Positions 14,399 to 31,903 of a stretch of DNA of 64,000 nt are shown here, one piece after another. Made by a program: the position numbers and the translations under genes. Every line of letters begins with the position of its first letter. The first letter of the stretch is position 1. This DNA comes from the human T2T-CHM13v2.0 reference genome, Homo sapiens. The stretch is from assembly GCF_009914755.1 (NCBI RefSeq), contig NC_060947.1; one strand, 5' to 3'. The notes under the pieces are model-generated. The model did no database searches and was not told where the DNA came from. It saw nothing but the letters and a program-made list of their open reading frames with translations.

Positions 14399-14994
14399 CA
14401 ATTTTAAAACTAGCTTTATTTACCAAGCATTATCTCATATACATAACACATATAGACATACAAACAAAAGCAGGTCTTATAGTTTCCATAATGAATTCTC
14501 ATTTGTCATCTTTCAAATAGTTTTTCTTTTCCACATTTAGTCTATCAGTCTTGCAACTACTTGTTTTATTACTGTAAGTACTTGTTAACTATGCAACAAT
14601 CTGTCTTCTAAAGGGATGACTCTTAGGTGGAACAAGGTGGAAAATTTTTATCTCAAAAGCACAGAGTTGAGACTTTCGACCTAAATATTGTACCATCATG
14701 TGCTCAAACCCAGGAGAAAAATTGTACATAAAGGCTCATAAAGGCCCGATTAAGACAAGATGGCCACAGAAATTACCTTAAACAAAGGGAAGCCTTGTTA
14801 TGTAAATTTAAAACAATAGTAAGGGTTTCTAGTTACCCAGTTCTCCCACTCAGACAACATTACAAATGGAAATTTCCTTTACAGATGTTAATTTATTTCA
14901 CAAAAGTGTTTTAAGATAGCTAGTGAAGTACCAAAAAGGTATATTTAGTGGACTTCTAATAGGGGAACATTTTAAACTTAGCTACTGTTTCTTA

Positions 14995-15554
14995 GTTACA
15001 AATCATCTGATGGAGTATTCCTGCCTGCTGCACAGACAAAACCAATTCACTGAGGTCAAGCTATTGTAGTAAAGAGTTTAATTAATGGAAGGCAGCCATG
15101 TAGAAGATGGAGTTTATTACTAAAATTAGTCTCTGTGAGAACTCAGAGGCCAGGGTTTTTATAGTTAATTTGGTTGTCAAGGGGCTAGAGAATGGGTGCT
15201 ACTGATGGTTTGGGGGTAAAATCAAAAAGGTGTGAAAAATGCTTCTCATGATCTGAGTCTACCTCTGGGTGGGGGGCCACAGGACTGGTTGAGTCATGAG
15301 TCATGAGTCGTGAGTTTGGGTGGGGTCAGCTGGTTGTGAGAATGCAAAAGTCTGAAAAACATCTCAAAAGACCAATCTTAGGTTCTAAAATAGCCATGTT
15401 ATCTATAGGAGCAATTGGAGAAGTCACAAATCTTGTGATCTCTGGCCACATAACTGCCTCCTGAGCAGTAAGGGATTATAAGAAGCTATGTCTACACCTT
15501 AGCAGAATTTAGGTACCTCCCATAATCCTAATCTAATAGACTTTAATTAGTTTC
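14995..15554 (-). mobile_element. ERV1 LTR (LTR8/MER4-group-like), preceded by ERV internal fragments at ~14400-14990
   Basis: GGAGTTTATTACTAAAATTAGTCTC and GGGTGGGGGCCACAGG blocks. Confidence 0.55.
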
Positions 15555-15694
15555 AGCAGTTTGACATTTCTTAAATCGTTAAACTTACTATACAAATCAA
15601 TAATTCTACTCCTACGTATCCACCAAAAAGAAAATAAAAATGTATATCCTCACAAAGTTTTCCACACAAATGGCCATAGCAACATTATTCATAA

Positions 15695-16247
15695 CGTTAC
15701 AGGAAAGGGGGCCAGATCCAGACCCCAAGAGAGGGTTCTTGGATCTCATGCAAGAAAGAATTCAGAGTAAGTCCAGAGAGTAAAGTCAAAGCAAGTTTAT
15801 TAGGAAAGTAAAGGAATAAAAGAATGGCTACTCCATAGACAGAGCAGCCCCAAGGGCTGCTAGCTCCCCATTTTTATGGTTATTTCTTGATTACTTGCTA
15901 AACAAGGGGTGGATTATTCATGCTTCCCTTTTTTAGACCATATAGGGTAACTTCCTGACATGTCATGGCATTTGTAAACTGTTGTGGCGCTAATGAACGT
16001 GTAGCAGTGAGGATGACCAGAGGTCACTCTCGTCACCATCTTGGGTTTTGTGGGTTTTAGCTGGCTTCTTTACTACAATCTGTTTTATCAGCAAGGTCTT
16101 TATGACCTGTATTTTGTGCCAATCTCTTATCTCATCCTGTGACTTAGAATGTCTTAACCACCTGGGAATGCAGCCCAGTAGGTTTCAGCCTCATTCTACC
16201 TAGCTCCTATTCAAGATGGAATTGTTCTGGTTCACATACCTCTAACA
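15695..16247 (-). mobile_element. MER41A LTR (3' LTR of a minus-strand provirus)
   Basis: Full-length match to recalled MER41A; polypurine tract (TTTCCCCCCTTTC on +) abuts it at 16248. Confidence 0.88.
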
Positions 16248-19005
<2,758 letters not shown>

Positions 19006-19049
19006 TGACTAGTCAGGTGGGTGACTAATCAGAGTCGAAATGTCCCCAG

Positions 19050-19255
19050 CTTCTTCTCTTAACAATGAGATATGATTTACATTTTACAAAATTCACTCAT
19101 TGTAAGCATACAATTTAATGATTCTTAGTAAATTTATGGACTTGTGCAACACACAACCCAGTTTCGGAGCATTTGCATCACCCTCCAGAAAATCCCTCAT
19201 GTTCATGTATAGTCAACTCCCATTTCAATCACTAGCTCCAGGTAATTAGTCACCT
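19050..19255 (-). mobile_element. L1M 3' end fragment
   Basis: AAAATTCACTCATTGTAAGCATACAATTTAATGATT...GTGCAAC. Confidence 0.65.
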
Positions 19256-19604
19256 ATCAAGAACCCCAGAGTAGCCAAGGGGAAAAAAGACACAGACAAG
19301 GAAGAAGGACAAATTCTAGGATTATGGCTAGATTCTGAGGCCAAAGGATAAAACATAGCCAGTGAAAAATTCCCCATACAAAAAGTAGCAAAGGAATTTT
19401 AAGAATGTTTAAGTGAGGTACAATTTTTAAGTTTGCTACTTTGTTATGAAAATATAGATAATGTAACATGAACTATTTTTTTTCTTATATCAATACATTA
19501 TTTCTACAACTAGCCATTTCTTTCTTTTTTTCTCATGGATAATGAATATCTCACTTTTTCTTTGTAACTCAGCACTGGAAGTAATGTCACTATGACATAC
19601 TCTT

Positions 19605-19942
19605 GTCAGGATGTGTGCTTCTAAAATTGATATGTTGAAAACGAATCTCCAGTGAGATAGTATTAAGAAGTGGGGCCTTTTGAGAACTGATTGATTTATG
19701 GGGATGGAGCCCTTATGAATGGGACTAATGCCTTTATAAAAGAGACCCTGGTATGATAACTAGCCCCTTTCACCATTGGAGGATGCAGGTAGAAGGCACT
19801 GTATGAAGAACAGGCCAGATGCCAAATCTGCTGGTGCCTTGATCTTGGACTTCTCAGCCTATAAAACTGTGAGAAATAAATTTTATTGAGAAACTACCCA
19901 GTCTATGGTATTTTGTTATAGCAGCACAAAGAGAAAAAGACA
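19605..19942 (+). mobile_element. MaLR LTR (MST/MLT1A-like)
   Basis: GCTGGTGCCTTGATCTTGGACTT...AACTGTGAGAAATAAA...GTTATAGCAGCAC. Confidence 0.8.
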
Positions 19943-20377
19943 AATTCCTTGATAAAAAAAGTTGCACACCTTTAACCAAGTCTCTCTTCCTTAGAGGTAA
20001 CAATTTGGTACTCTGGCTCTGTGAAATTCAGGTGATGGTTTTGATTTACCAGCTGAAGTTTCGAAGAACCTCCATCCTATGGCTTATTACCTTCTATGGG
20101 GAATTAGTCTCTGACTTTCCTGCCATGTTCCCGAATACAAGGAAACTAACACAAATGTGATGAACACCCTGAGAGGTCACATACTACTTTGGTAAGAGCA
20201 GTTATGAATTTTTTTTTCCTGGATCCATCACTGCTAGTCTGGTTTCTTTCCTTATTTGTCCCAATTCATGTTCTTAGAGATTACATCTACAGACTGGAGT
20301 GAAAGTACACCATGCTTTCCCAGGGTGATTCCTCCCAAAAAGATAAATTTCTTTTCTCATAAAATGACACAGACACA

Positions 20378-20550
20378 ATGGTGTAGTATCATATACTTTA
20401 GGTTTATACAGACCTGTGTTTATATCTCAGCTCTATTACTGGTTTGTTGTATGTCTTTGGAAAAGTACCTTAATCTCGTTGAATCTCATTTTGTCCATAT
20501 ACAAAATGGGAATAATTACGTTTAATTTATAGGGAGCTATTATGAGTCTT
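20378..20550 (+). mobile_element. MIR
   Basis: AGACCTGTGTTT...CTTAATCTC...AAAATGGGAATAAT core. Confidence 0.65.
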
Positions 20551-22984
20551 AAAAGAATTTAAGATTCAATTAAATTAAAGATGAATTAAATTTAAGATTA
20601 AATTAAATTCAGTGCATTGCACAGAATGGACAAATGAATTTATAAAGATAATTTTATCTGTTATCATTCCATTCACCAATTTTCCCTGTTGGCATAGTCA
20701 ACATTTGTGCTACATGTATGCTTTAAAATGTAGGGATTTTCTGTTCATCAGCCATTCATGAGTGCTCTTTCTCTCTCTCTCTTCCAATTAGCTAGCTAGC
20801 TAGCTAGTTCTATTAATTGACTCTAACTAAAATAATTTTAAAAGTTATTTTATTATATTTTAAATATAAACATTTCCACTGGATGTTCCAATGTACATAG
20901 AGATTTTCTTGTATAAAGTGTTACTATCAAGTAATAAGATAGATTTTAAATAATAAAACAGATTTTCCCATGTAGTTGGAGAATCGATCTTATCATTTTA
21001 GGGACATAGTTTGTATAACATGGAGAGATAATTCTTCTACTCTAAGTCCTACTGGGGAACTACAAAGTAATTCTAATGTATTTTTTATAGTCTAAATATG
21101 CAAAGTTCTACTTTCATAAATGCCTCAATTTTGAAATCTCTCATTTAACCAGCTCAGGGAGTTGTGTGATAAAATTATATCAAGCTATATTTCATAAACC
21201 AAAGCATTATAGGTTTGGAATTTATTTTTAAAATTATCTATTCCAAACTGAGGAATCTTTAGGGAATGAATTTGTCTAAAAGTTATACACATTGAGAAAG
21301 TAAGCTGACATTTATTTGCTGCCTGAAGACTCATTGGTAGGCTGTATTTTGCAAGCAGTGAACTATTCATATGCTCTTTTCCCAGGTCTCTCTATCGCAA
21401 GATCCTCTGTTCTGGGCTATCCAGAAAACACTGATTACTAGACAATAGCCCACTCTTCTGTATTAGGCAGCATATTACAGAAGCAGATCCTGAGGCAAGG
21501 ACTCATGTAAAAGTTATTTGCTATAAGCTATACCTGGGAAAAAATGTTAGGAGAGTGGGAAAGAGGGACCAGTATGAGGAGGGGCTTAAGCAAGTGTGCA
21601 ATATCAAGCAAAGGCCCATGGAGGGTGACTTTGGCTTTAACAATAATGTTGATCACACTTGAGAGCTGTCTCCATCATGGCACAAGGGGGCTAGAATATT
21701 CATACTCCCCATACCAGTCAGTTATTGATGAAACCTCTCCTGGCACGGTATAGAGAAGGAAACAGTAAATTCTCAGGCACTTCTGGCTATTCATGCATAT
21801 GAGCAAAGCAGGTTCTGCCAGTTTGAGGACAGTTCTCAAAACAAAAAGACACAGGTACTGGTGATTGGGCATGAAAGCACATAAGCATGTGGTATACATT
21901 AAAATGATAAAGGACACAAAAATAATAAAATAATCCTGGGGGATATGCCCAAAGCACTGACAATTCTGTGACTACATCGTGATTCTTTCCTTAAAAATTC
22001 TAAGTTGGTGGGGGCATGAGGTGGCAATATGTCTAACTCCAGTTAATCAGGGGCTAGATCACAATTGGTCTATTATATTTACAAGAATACTATTTCCTTT
22101 GCCTTTGATTGATCTTAATTTGAGCATGATATCTTCATCTTGTATGGTAAATAGAAAATCTACTTGAGGCCTCTGGGAATGATTTTTCTCCCTAAAAAGG
22201 TGGAATCCTTCTTTCCTTATTCTCTGCTTTTGTTTGTCACCACTTAAGACTATGTGCTTGGAACTACCTTAGCCATCAAAATACCATTAGTGAAGGGTGG
22301 AAGGAGTGTGGGTACCAGAAGACACAGTAAAACCACATAACCAACCCAGAAACTCCTAATCTTAGGACTTCTGGTCAAATAAACAATCAATGTCATTTTG
22401 ACTTAAGTCAGAAGTCTTCAATATAGAATATGTGTAACCTTGGCTCTAGCAAAGACTTCCTACAATAGAAATAAATGCATTGCACAAAATCTTGATTTCT
22501 AGATCTTAAATTTCCATAGCTTTTCTGAAAATGGATCTACCTATGAAGGGCACACATCTGATGGAGGTGCTGGTCCTTCTTTCCCTCCTTTCCTTTCACA
22601 ACTCCCTTCGACCCATGTAAAAGGAAGAATAACTCCACTCTGTTTCAAAACATAGCCCCAGGTGGAAAAAACCTCCAGGATATGGAACAAAGGGACAATT
22701 TCCTATAATTATGTTGGTTTGGAGAAAGTTAATGACTCTAATTATTGGATAACAAATCGTCTTGTGAGGCAAGTGGTTTCCACTTCATTGCTTTCCAAGA
22801 AGTTTAAGGTGAATCTAATGAAGTTGTCAGTTAATATATCATTAAAATAATATATAATGTTGGATCATTAGTTTATTTTTGTATACAACTTATGATGAAT
22901 TAAATACTTGAATGGCTAAAATATTTCTTTACATATTTATGTGAACATGGTTGTCAACACTAGTATAAAATGTTATTTAATTAA

Positions 22985-23086
22985 ATTAATTAATTTATTT
23001 TGTGAGACTGGGTCTCGCTCTGTCACCCAGGCTGTAGTGCAGTGGCTCAATCTCCGCTCACTGCAGCCTCGACTTCCCAGGCTCAG
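22985..23086 (-). mobile_element. Alu right-arm fragment (AluJ-like)
   Basis: GAGACTGGGTCTCGCTCTGTCACCCAGGCT...CCCAGGCTCA. Confidence 0.85.
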
Positions 23087-23089
23087 TTC

Positions 23090-23605
23090 ATTGAGGGTAT
23101 ATGGTATACATACACAATGGAATACTATTAGACCTTAGAAAATAAGAAAATTCTGTCATTTGTGATAACATGAATAAACCTAGAGGACATTATGTTAATT
23201 CAAATAAGCCAGGCACAGAAAGACAAATACTGCATGATCTCACCTACATGTGGAATCTATAAAAGCTGATTTCAATGGAAACAGAGAGTAAAATGTAGTT
23301 AAACCAGTGGCTGGGGATCACGTTGGGGAGATGTTTGTCAAGAGACTCAAAATTTTAGATAGACAGTAGAAATAAGTTCAAGAGATTTATTGTACAACAT
23401 GATGACTATAATTAATAACAATGTATTGTGTTACTGGAAACTAGTAAAATAGTAGATTTTAAGGGTTCTCATAAAAAAATAAGTATGTAAGGAAATGCAT
23501 ATGTTAATTAGCTTGATCTAGCCATTCCACAATGTATACATATTTCAAAATTACATGTTGTATAGGATGAATATATATGATTTTGTCAATTAAATAAATA
23601 TAAGA
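23090..23605 (+). mobile_element. L1MA 3' end
   Basis: CAATGGAATACTATT...AAGCCAGGCACAGAAAGACAAATAC...GCCATTCCACAATGTATACATA. Confidence 0.8.
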
Positions 23606-23682
23606 GCTAAAATGTCTAATAAAAAGACTGTGTATATGTGTAAAAGTCCAAAGCAATTTTATTATTAAGAAAAATCATCAGT

Positions 23683-24845
23683 GTATTAAAGACTTAAATG
23701 TAAAACTCCAAACTGTAAAACTCTGGAAGATAACTGACGCAATAGCATGCTGGACATAGGAATGGGCAACGATTTCATGGCAAAAGCAATTGCAAGAAAA
23801 GCAAAAACTCACAAATGGGATCTAGTTAAACAAAAGAGCTTCTGCACACAAAACAAACTGTCAACAAGTGAACAGACGATGTACAGAATGGGGGAAATAT
23901 TTGCAAACTATGCATCTGACAAAGGTCTAATATCTAGCATCTGTAAGGAGCTTAAACAAATTTACAAGAAAAAAAACTACCCAATTAAAAAGTGGGCAAA
24001 GGACATGAACAGACACTTTTGATAAGAAGACATACATCAGCCAACAAGCATATGAAAAAAAGCTCGATATCACTGATCATTAGAGAAATGCAAATCAAAT
24101 CTACAATGAGACTATCTCATACCAGTCAGAATGGCTATTATTAAAAAGCCAAAAAATAACAGTTGCTGGCAAGGTTGCGGAGAAAAGGGAACACTTATAT
24201 ACTGCTGGTGAGAGTGTAAATTAGTTCAACCATTGTGGAAGCAGTGTGGTAATTCCTCAAAGAGCTAAAAACAGAACTACCACTCAACCCAGCAATCCCA
24301 TTACTGGGTATATGCCCAAAGGAATATAAATAGTTCTATCATAAAGACATGCATGCGTATGTTCATTGCAGCAGTATTTACAATAGCAAAGACATAGAAT
24401 CAACCTAAATGCCCATCAATGCAAGACTGGATAAAGAAAATGTGATACATAGACACCATGGATCACTATGTAGCCACAAAAAGGAACGAGATCATGCCTT
24501 TTGCAGGAACATGGATGGAGCTGGAGGCCATTATCCTTAGCAAACTAATGCAAGAACAGACAATCAAATACCACATGTTCTCACTTGTAAGTCGGAGCTA
24601 AATGATGAGAAGACATGGACAGAAAGAGGGAGACAATAGACACTGGGGCCTACCTGAGGGTGAAGGGTGGGAGGAGGGAGAGGATCAGAAAAAAATAACT
24701 AATGGGTACTAGGCTTAGTACCTGGGTCTTGAAATAATCTGTACAACAAACTCCCATGACACAAGTTTACCTATATAACAAACTTGCACATGTACCTCTG
24801 AACCTAAAATAACACTTTTTTTTTAAGTAAATGCTCGAAAAAAAA
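23683..24845 (+). mobile_element. 5'-truncated L1PA/PB (ORF2 end plus 3' UTR)
   Basis: ORF2 peptide LDIGMGNDFM...[11 protein letters not shown]; TSD AAGAAAAATCATCAGT at 23667-23682 and 24846-24861. Confidence 0.92.
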
Positions 24846-25474
24846 AAGAAAAATCATCAGTACTTAAATTAAGGTGCATGATAACTTTTTATTTGATTCA
24901 GTCAATAGGCACTCTTGATGACTTAAATATATGAAAATAAGAAATAGATGCTGTGAAGATCCAAAAACTAATTATGCATCTCTGTGCTCAAGGGAACTTG
25001 TTCTTTAATAGAATTATATCCTAAATATGTCCAATTCATCTACTCTTTCCTACAACGTATAGGAAAGCAGGAAATACAGACCAGGTCACTATCAGAATGA
25101 ATGCATTCTTACTGATAGAAAGTCACAGTTGGATTTCAATATCAAACAACTTTTGACATTCTCACTCCAAATGAGCTTTACTGTTTTTCCACATCAGTGA
25201 CTCCCTTCAAAGGTTATGACACTGAAAAAAATGCTGCATTTAGAAAGCACTGAGTGATACTGATCATTTCCATATCTCTCAGATCATCAGACATAAACAC
25301 TCAAATACTTCTCTGGAGGAAGCAAGTCGTTCAACACTAACTCTAGAGGCAGCATCATATTCTTATATAGAGAAATGCTTCTGGGCCAAGACTCTGACCT
25401 TCCTTCATTTTTTCTAGACCCATCAAAAGTTACCTCTGAAAAAAAAAGGTCAAAATAAATTTTAAGGAATTCAC

Positions 25475-27030
25475 CAAAAACTAGTAAAATTTATAAATGA
25501 GTTCAGCGATGTTGTGAGATTCATGTAAAATAAAAATTGTATTTTTGTATACTAGCAATTAATCCCAAACTGAAATTAAAGAAACACTTTTATATAACAT
25601 TAAAGAGAATTGAATGCTTAGAAAAGATTTTAAAAGGTAGTGCAAGACTGGTACACTTAGAACTTAAAAAAAAGTTGTTGAAAGAAATTAAAGATCTAAA
25701 CAAATTGAAAAAATTTCATGCACATGGATCATAAGAGGTAAATTTTTTAAATATGAAAATGTTTCCCAAATTGATCTATGGTTTCAACACAATCTCCATC
25801 AAAATCTCAGCAGGCTTTTTTGTAAACACTGAAGACTTGATTATAAAATTCATGTGGAAATGCCAAGGTCCCTAAATACCCAAAACAATCAGGCAAAAGA
25901 AGTTGGAGGACTCACACTCCTCAATTTCAAAACCTACTGCAGAGATACAGTAATCAAAGCAATGTAGTATTGGCATAAGGACAGACAAACAGATAAGTGG
26001 AATAGAATTGAGGTCAGAAATAAACTCATACATATATGGCCAACTCATTTTCTACAAGAGTGTCAAGACCATTCACTAGAGAAAGAATAATCTGTTCAAC
26101 AAATGGTGCAAAGACAACTAGATATCAACGAATGAAGTTGGGTTCTTACTTCAGACCATACACAAAAATTAACTCAAAATGGATTATAGGTATAAATGTA
26201 ATAAAATCCTTAGAAAATATGTGAGAAAACTTTGTAACCTTGGTTTAAGCAATTGTTTCTTAGTTATGACACCAAAAGCACCAGCAATGAAAAAGGAATA
26301 GATAAATTGGAGTTCATCAAAATTTTAAAACTTTTGTGCTTCAAAGGATAATGCCAAGAAAGTAAAAAGATAACCCAAAGTATGAGAGAAAATATTTGCA
26401 AAAGTTATCTGTGATAAGAATCTGTATCCAGAATATATAAAGAATGCTCACAACTCAATAATAAATGGACAAAAAATATTAAAAAGGGCAAAATATTTGA
26501 ATAGATGTTTTTGCAAACAATATATGCAGAATGGCCAATAAGAACATGAAAAGATAGTAAATGCCATTGGTCATTAGGGAAATGCACATCAAACGAAAAT
26601 GAGATACCACTTCACAACCATTAGGATGGCCATAACCAAAAAGACTGACAATGTTATGTGGTAGAGAGGATGTAGAGCCTTGTACATGGCTGGTGGGAAT
26701 GTAAAGTGGTACAGCATCTTTGGAAAACAGTCTGGCAGTTCCTCAAAGGGTTAAACAAAACAAGCAAACTGTACTTCATATATATGAAGTTATATATGTA
26801 TATGAAGTATAGTTCTCAAGGGTTGGGGGATTTGGAGTTAAGGGGAATGGAATGAAGAGTGATTGCTTATACATAGAATTTCTTTTGTGAGTGATAAAAA
26901 TACTCTAAACTTATGGTGATATTTGTGTAACTCTAAATTTACCAAAAGCCATCAAATTATGCATGTTAATTGGTGAATTTTATGAGACATTAATGAATTA
27001 TTTCTCAATAAAGACGTTACAAAAGGAAAA
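25475..27030 (+). mobile_element. Old L1M ORF2/3' UTR fragment
   Basis: Degenerate ORF2 blocks; ends TTCTCAATAAAG. Confidence 0.8.
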
Positions 27031-27179
27031 ATTTCCATTTGTCTATTACCTTCCAAAAGGACCAAAATGAAGTACTTATAGTATATGCTTACGGAAAATA
27101 CTGAGTTCAAGAACTATCAAACCAATTACTTTTTATTAATCATGAATTCAAAAGTCTGACATGAATAGATCACCTAGAT

Positions 27180-27340
27180 TCTGGCTATTCAAAATGTGGT
27201 CCATGGAACAGGAGCATCACCTGGGAGCTTGCTAGAATTGCAAATACTTCTGACCAATCCCCAATCTAGTGAATCGGAATCTGCATTTTAGCTTGATCCC
27301 CATGTAATTCCTATGCTCATTAAGTCTGAAAAGAACTGGC
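27180..27340. mobile_element. MER5-type hAT-Charlie DNA transposon
   Basis: CAAAATGTGGTCC...AGCATCACCTGGGAGCTTG...GAATCTGCATTTTA. Confidence 0.75.
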
Positions 27341-29628
27341 ATAATGTACAGCCTTTGTCTGTAATTCCTTATTCCTCTAGTTTTCTCACAGTTTAATCTC
27401 ACTGTACCTACCTTTTATTCTCTGTTGTATGTCTAGTCTATTAACTCATTACATTAATCTATCACCCAACTTCTGGCTTCGTATCATTCTTTTGCAGGTT
27501 CAGATTCCATGGTGAATGATAAACCACATCTTACTAGCATCATCAACACCATTATCTCTTTGTCTATCACCTATATATACCTTGCAAACACTAATTTTAG
27601 ATAAATTCAGAATCCTGCTTTCTGTTACTACTCTTGGATTCCTCAGCTTTACTGAAGAATAGCAATTTGTGTGTCCTGGTGCCTCTAAGAAATTTGCAAT
27701 CTCTAATGTCAAGTGATGTTTCAGAGCCATTCAGAAATACATTGTATGCTTTTTGCTATTATAATTTCCAAAAATGCTAATTCTACACCTCACTTATGCC
27801 TCTGTCTTTATCAGATAATTCACCTTTGTACCTTATGCAGAAACCTGAGTTTTTCAGACTTGAATTTACTAGTCATTTCTCCACCCAAACTACCTGCATT
27901 TGCAACCATTGTAAAGTGTATCCTAGCCATTTAAGAGAAGGGGATTTTCTTCTCCCTGCTTAAGGTATTGCTACTAATCAATAGCTATACTCTTGCTCTC
28001 ACCTCTTCAAATAATCTCAAAGTAACCATCTCCACATTTCTTCAACCTGATCCTCTTCCTGGCTTTTTTCCTGAGGTCTCAGGAAAGGTATTGTGCTCAA
28101 AACTTCCCTGTCTTAAAACCAACCAAACCCAACAGAACCCTAAGAAGAACAAATATAATTGCTCTCTTGAGCAGATCTATTTACCTTTCCCAAACATTTT
28201 CTTATTTGTTTCATAATACAGACTTATTTCTTGAAACTGCAATATATTCTACCTTAATTCACATTCAACTCTTCATACCCTGCGATCTGACTTTATTCTT
28301 GCTCTACTTTTATTGATCTTGCTATAGTAGCCAAAGGCCTCCCAATTTTTAGCTTCCTTGAAGCCTTTTCTGTCTTTACCTTTCTTGACTTTTCAACAGA
28401 TATTGACATTGCTGACCAGATATTTTTTGAAATCTTTAGTCTCCTCTTTGTTCTTTGATCACTTTTACCCCTCTATACCTTCCAAGGATCATGCTTTTCT
28501 TTCAACTTCTTAAAAGTTGTTTCTTATGGTTTCATCTTTCAGCCTTATTCTAGTCTCTCAGTACTTACACGTTACATAAAATTTCAACTGCATACATGGT
28601 CTCATCATGATGATGACTTCCAATTTCGTGTCTCCATCTCTGACTTCTATCATGTTTGAGGGGAGAATGTGACCACAAAATTAAAACTCATAAAAGTTTT
28701 ATAATCTCAGATAGGAAAAAGATCAGAAAACATAATACCATCATAAATTTCTCTTGAGAAAAACAAAAACATTTCTAAGAGATAAGTCAGTATAAAAACA
28801 ATAAAAAAGAAAATTAATTTTAAAAGAAAATTTGGCTGGTTTTAAAACCATTCATAAATAGAACTAAGTTTAGATATATGTTGAAAATGTGTTCACTAAA
28901 TATGATAAAAAATGTAATTTCTCAGGGAAAATGTTCATAATGTACAAGAATAAAATTCAATACTAACAAATTGAATTAAGCCATCATATACTTTGAAGAA
29001 AAACAGTGTGAAAGAAGTAACCAAATAATACTTTGGAAAATTAGGAAAAATGTAAAATGTTAGACTCCTTGGTAAGTAAAGACAATGACACTGTTACATG
29101 TCTGAAGTAATGTCACAGAGCTACATGTATAATAAACTTTAAATAATACTTAATGTATCTAAATGTTTTCATTACTGAACAGTAAAATGGCAATAATTTA
29201 ATAATGCATTTAACTCTAAAAATTAATAAAAATTATTTCAGATATACAAAAGAATCTCAGAAATCAAATTAACAAAGACAAAAGCAGGAAACTATAAGAT
29301 GAATTTTGAATTAGTAGTAGAATGCATTCTTTGCCAGTCTAGGATAAAATGAGAGAAACCAAAGATGTGCAAAAGTATAAAATATATATTTATAAATAAG
29401 AAGAACCTTTTTTATTGCAAGAGACTTTCTATTTAAGATGGTGGACAAGTGCATGAACTTGCTTCACCTCCTTGTCAAAACAAACAAACAATAAAAAAAA
29501 ACAAAGTATACAACCTGGTACAGTAGAAGTTACAAAAAATGATGGAAAATACATATAGATAGAAGATATACATAAGTTGTAGATTCTGAAATTTTCTTGT
29601 TCTCTCTTGTGGTATGTGCATGTGTGTG

Positions 29629-31903
29629 TGATATGATTTAGCCATTTGTCCCTACCCAAATTTCATGCTGAATTGTAATAATCCCCATGTGTCATGGGAG
29701 GGACCCAGTGGGAGGTAATTGAATCATGGGGGTAGTTTTTTCCTGTGATGTTCTTGTGATAGTGAATCAGTCTCATGAAATCTGATGGTTTTATAAAGGG
29801 GAGTGTCGTGCACATGTTCTTGCCTGCCACCATGTAAGATGTGCCTTTGCTCCTCCTGAACTTTCCACCATGATTGTGAGGCCTCCCTAGCCATGTGAAA
29901 CTGTGAGTCCATTAAACCTCTTTTTCTTTATAAATTACCCAGCTTTGGTATGTCTTTAATAGTGGCATGAGAACAGACTAATACAGTAAATTGGTACCAG
30001 GTAGTGGGTTGCTGCTATAAATGTGGAAGTGACTTTGGAACTGGGTAACAGGCAGAGGTTGAAACAGTTTGGAGAACTCAAAAGAAGATAGGAAAATGTG
30101 AGAAACTTTGGGACTTCCTAGAGACTTTGAGGGCTCAGAAGAAGACAGGAAGATGTGGGAAAGTTTGGAACTTCTTAGAGACTTGTTGAATGGCTTTGAC
30201 CAAAATGCTGACAGTGATATGGACAATAAGTTCCAGGCTGAGTTGGTCTCAGATGGAGATGAGGAACTTGTTGGAAACTGGAGTAAAGGTCGCTCTTGCT
30301 ATGCAGAGACTGGTGGCATTTTGCCCCTATCCCAGAGATCTGTGGAACTTTGAACTTGAGAGATATGATTTAGGGTATCTGGGGGAAAAATTTTCTAAGT
30401 GGCAAAGCATTCAAGAGAAAGCAGAGCATAAGAAAATTGGGAACCTAAGGATGCAATAGAAAAGAAAAACCCATTTTCTGGAAAGAAATTCAAGCCAACT
30501 ACAGAAATTTGCATAAGTAGCAAGGAGTCAAATGCTAATTATGATGACAATGGGAAAAATGTCTCAAGGGCATGTCAGAGACCTTTGCAGCAGCCCCTTC
30601 TTTCACAGGGCCAGAGGCCTAGGAGGAAAAAATTGGTTTCCTGGGCCGGTTCCAGGACTTCCTTGTTGTGTGCAGCCTAGGGGCTTGGTGCCCTGCATCC
30701 CAGCAGCTCCAGCCATGGCTAAATGGGGCCATGGTACAGCTTGGGCTGTAGCTTCAGAGGGTGCAAGCCCCAAGCCTTGGCAACTTCCACATGGTGTTGA
30801 CTCTGTAGGTGCACAGAAGTCAAGAATTGAGGTTTGGGAACCTCTGCCTAGATTTCAGGAGATGATTAGAAATGCCTGGATGTTCAGGCTGAAGATTGCT
30901 ACCAGGGCAGGGCCCTCATGGAGAACCTTTGCTAGGGCAGTACAGAAGGGAAATGTGGGGTTGGAGCCCCCACACAGAGCCCCCACTGGGACACTGCCTA
31001 GTGGAGCTGTGGGAAGAGGGCCACCATCCTCCAGAACCCAGAATGGTAGATCCATGGGCAGCTTGCACCATGCACCTGGAAAAGCCACAGCCACTCAATG
31101 CCAGCCCATGAAAGCAGCCAGGAGGGAGGCTGTACCCTGCAAAGCCACAGGGGCAGAGCTTCCCAAGGCCATGGGAGCCCACCTCTTGCATCAGTATGAC
31201 TTGGATATAAGACATGGAGTTAAAGGAGATCATTTTGTAAATTTAAGGTTTAATGACTGCCCTATTGGATTTTGTACTTGCATGGGCCCTGTAGTGCCTT
31301 CATTTTGGCCATTTTCTCCCATTTGTCACTGGTGTATTTACCCAATACCTGTACTCCCATTGTATCTAGGAAATAACTAACTTGCTTTTGACTTTACAGG
31401 TTCATAGGCAGAAGGGACATGCCTTATCTCAGATGAAACTTTGGATTGTGGACTTTTGAGTTAATGCTGAAATGAGTTAAGACTTTGGGGGACTGTTGGG
31501 AAGGTATGTCTGGTTTTGAAATGTGACGACATGAGATTTGGGAGAGGCCAGGGGTGGAATAATATGGTTTGGCTGTGTGTCCCCACCCAAATCTCACCTT
31601 GAATTGTAATAATCCCTATGTGTCATGGGAGGGACCCGGTGGGAGGTAATTGAATCATGGGGGTGGGTTTTTCCCATGCTGTTCTCATGATAGTGAATAA
31701 GTCTCATGAGATCTGATGGTTTTATAAAGGGGAGTTCCCTGCAGATGCGCTTGCCTGCTGCCATCTAAGATGTGTCTTTGCTCCTCCTTCGCTTTCTGCC
31801 ATGATTGTGAGGCCTCCCCAGCCATGTGAAACTGTGAGTCTATTACATTTCTTTTTCTTTATAAATCACCCAGTCTCGGGTATGTCTTTATTAGCAGCAT
31901 GAG
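29629..31903 (+). mobile_element. Full-length THE1 (THE1B/C) MaLR: LTR 29629-29985, internal 29986-31559, LTR 31560-31903
   Basis: Two similar LTRs starting TGATATG/TAATATGG; internal GTAAATTGGTACCAG; MaLR ORF remnant at 30532-31380. Confidence 0.95.

Noticed and set aside
30532-31380. 282-aa ORF as a novel gene
   Set aside because: Remnant of the THE1/MaLR internal ORF
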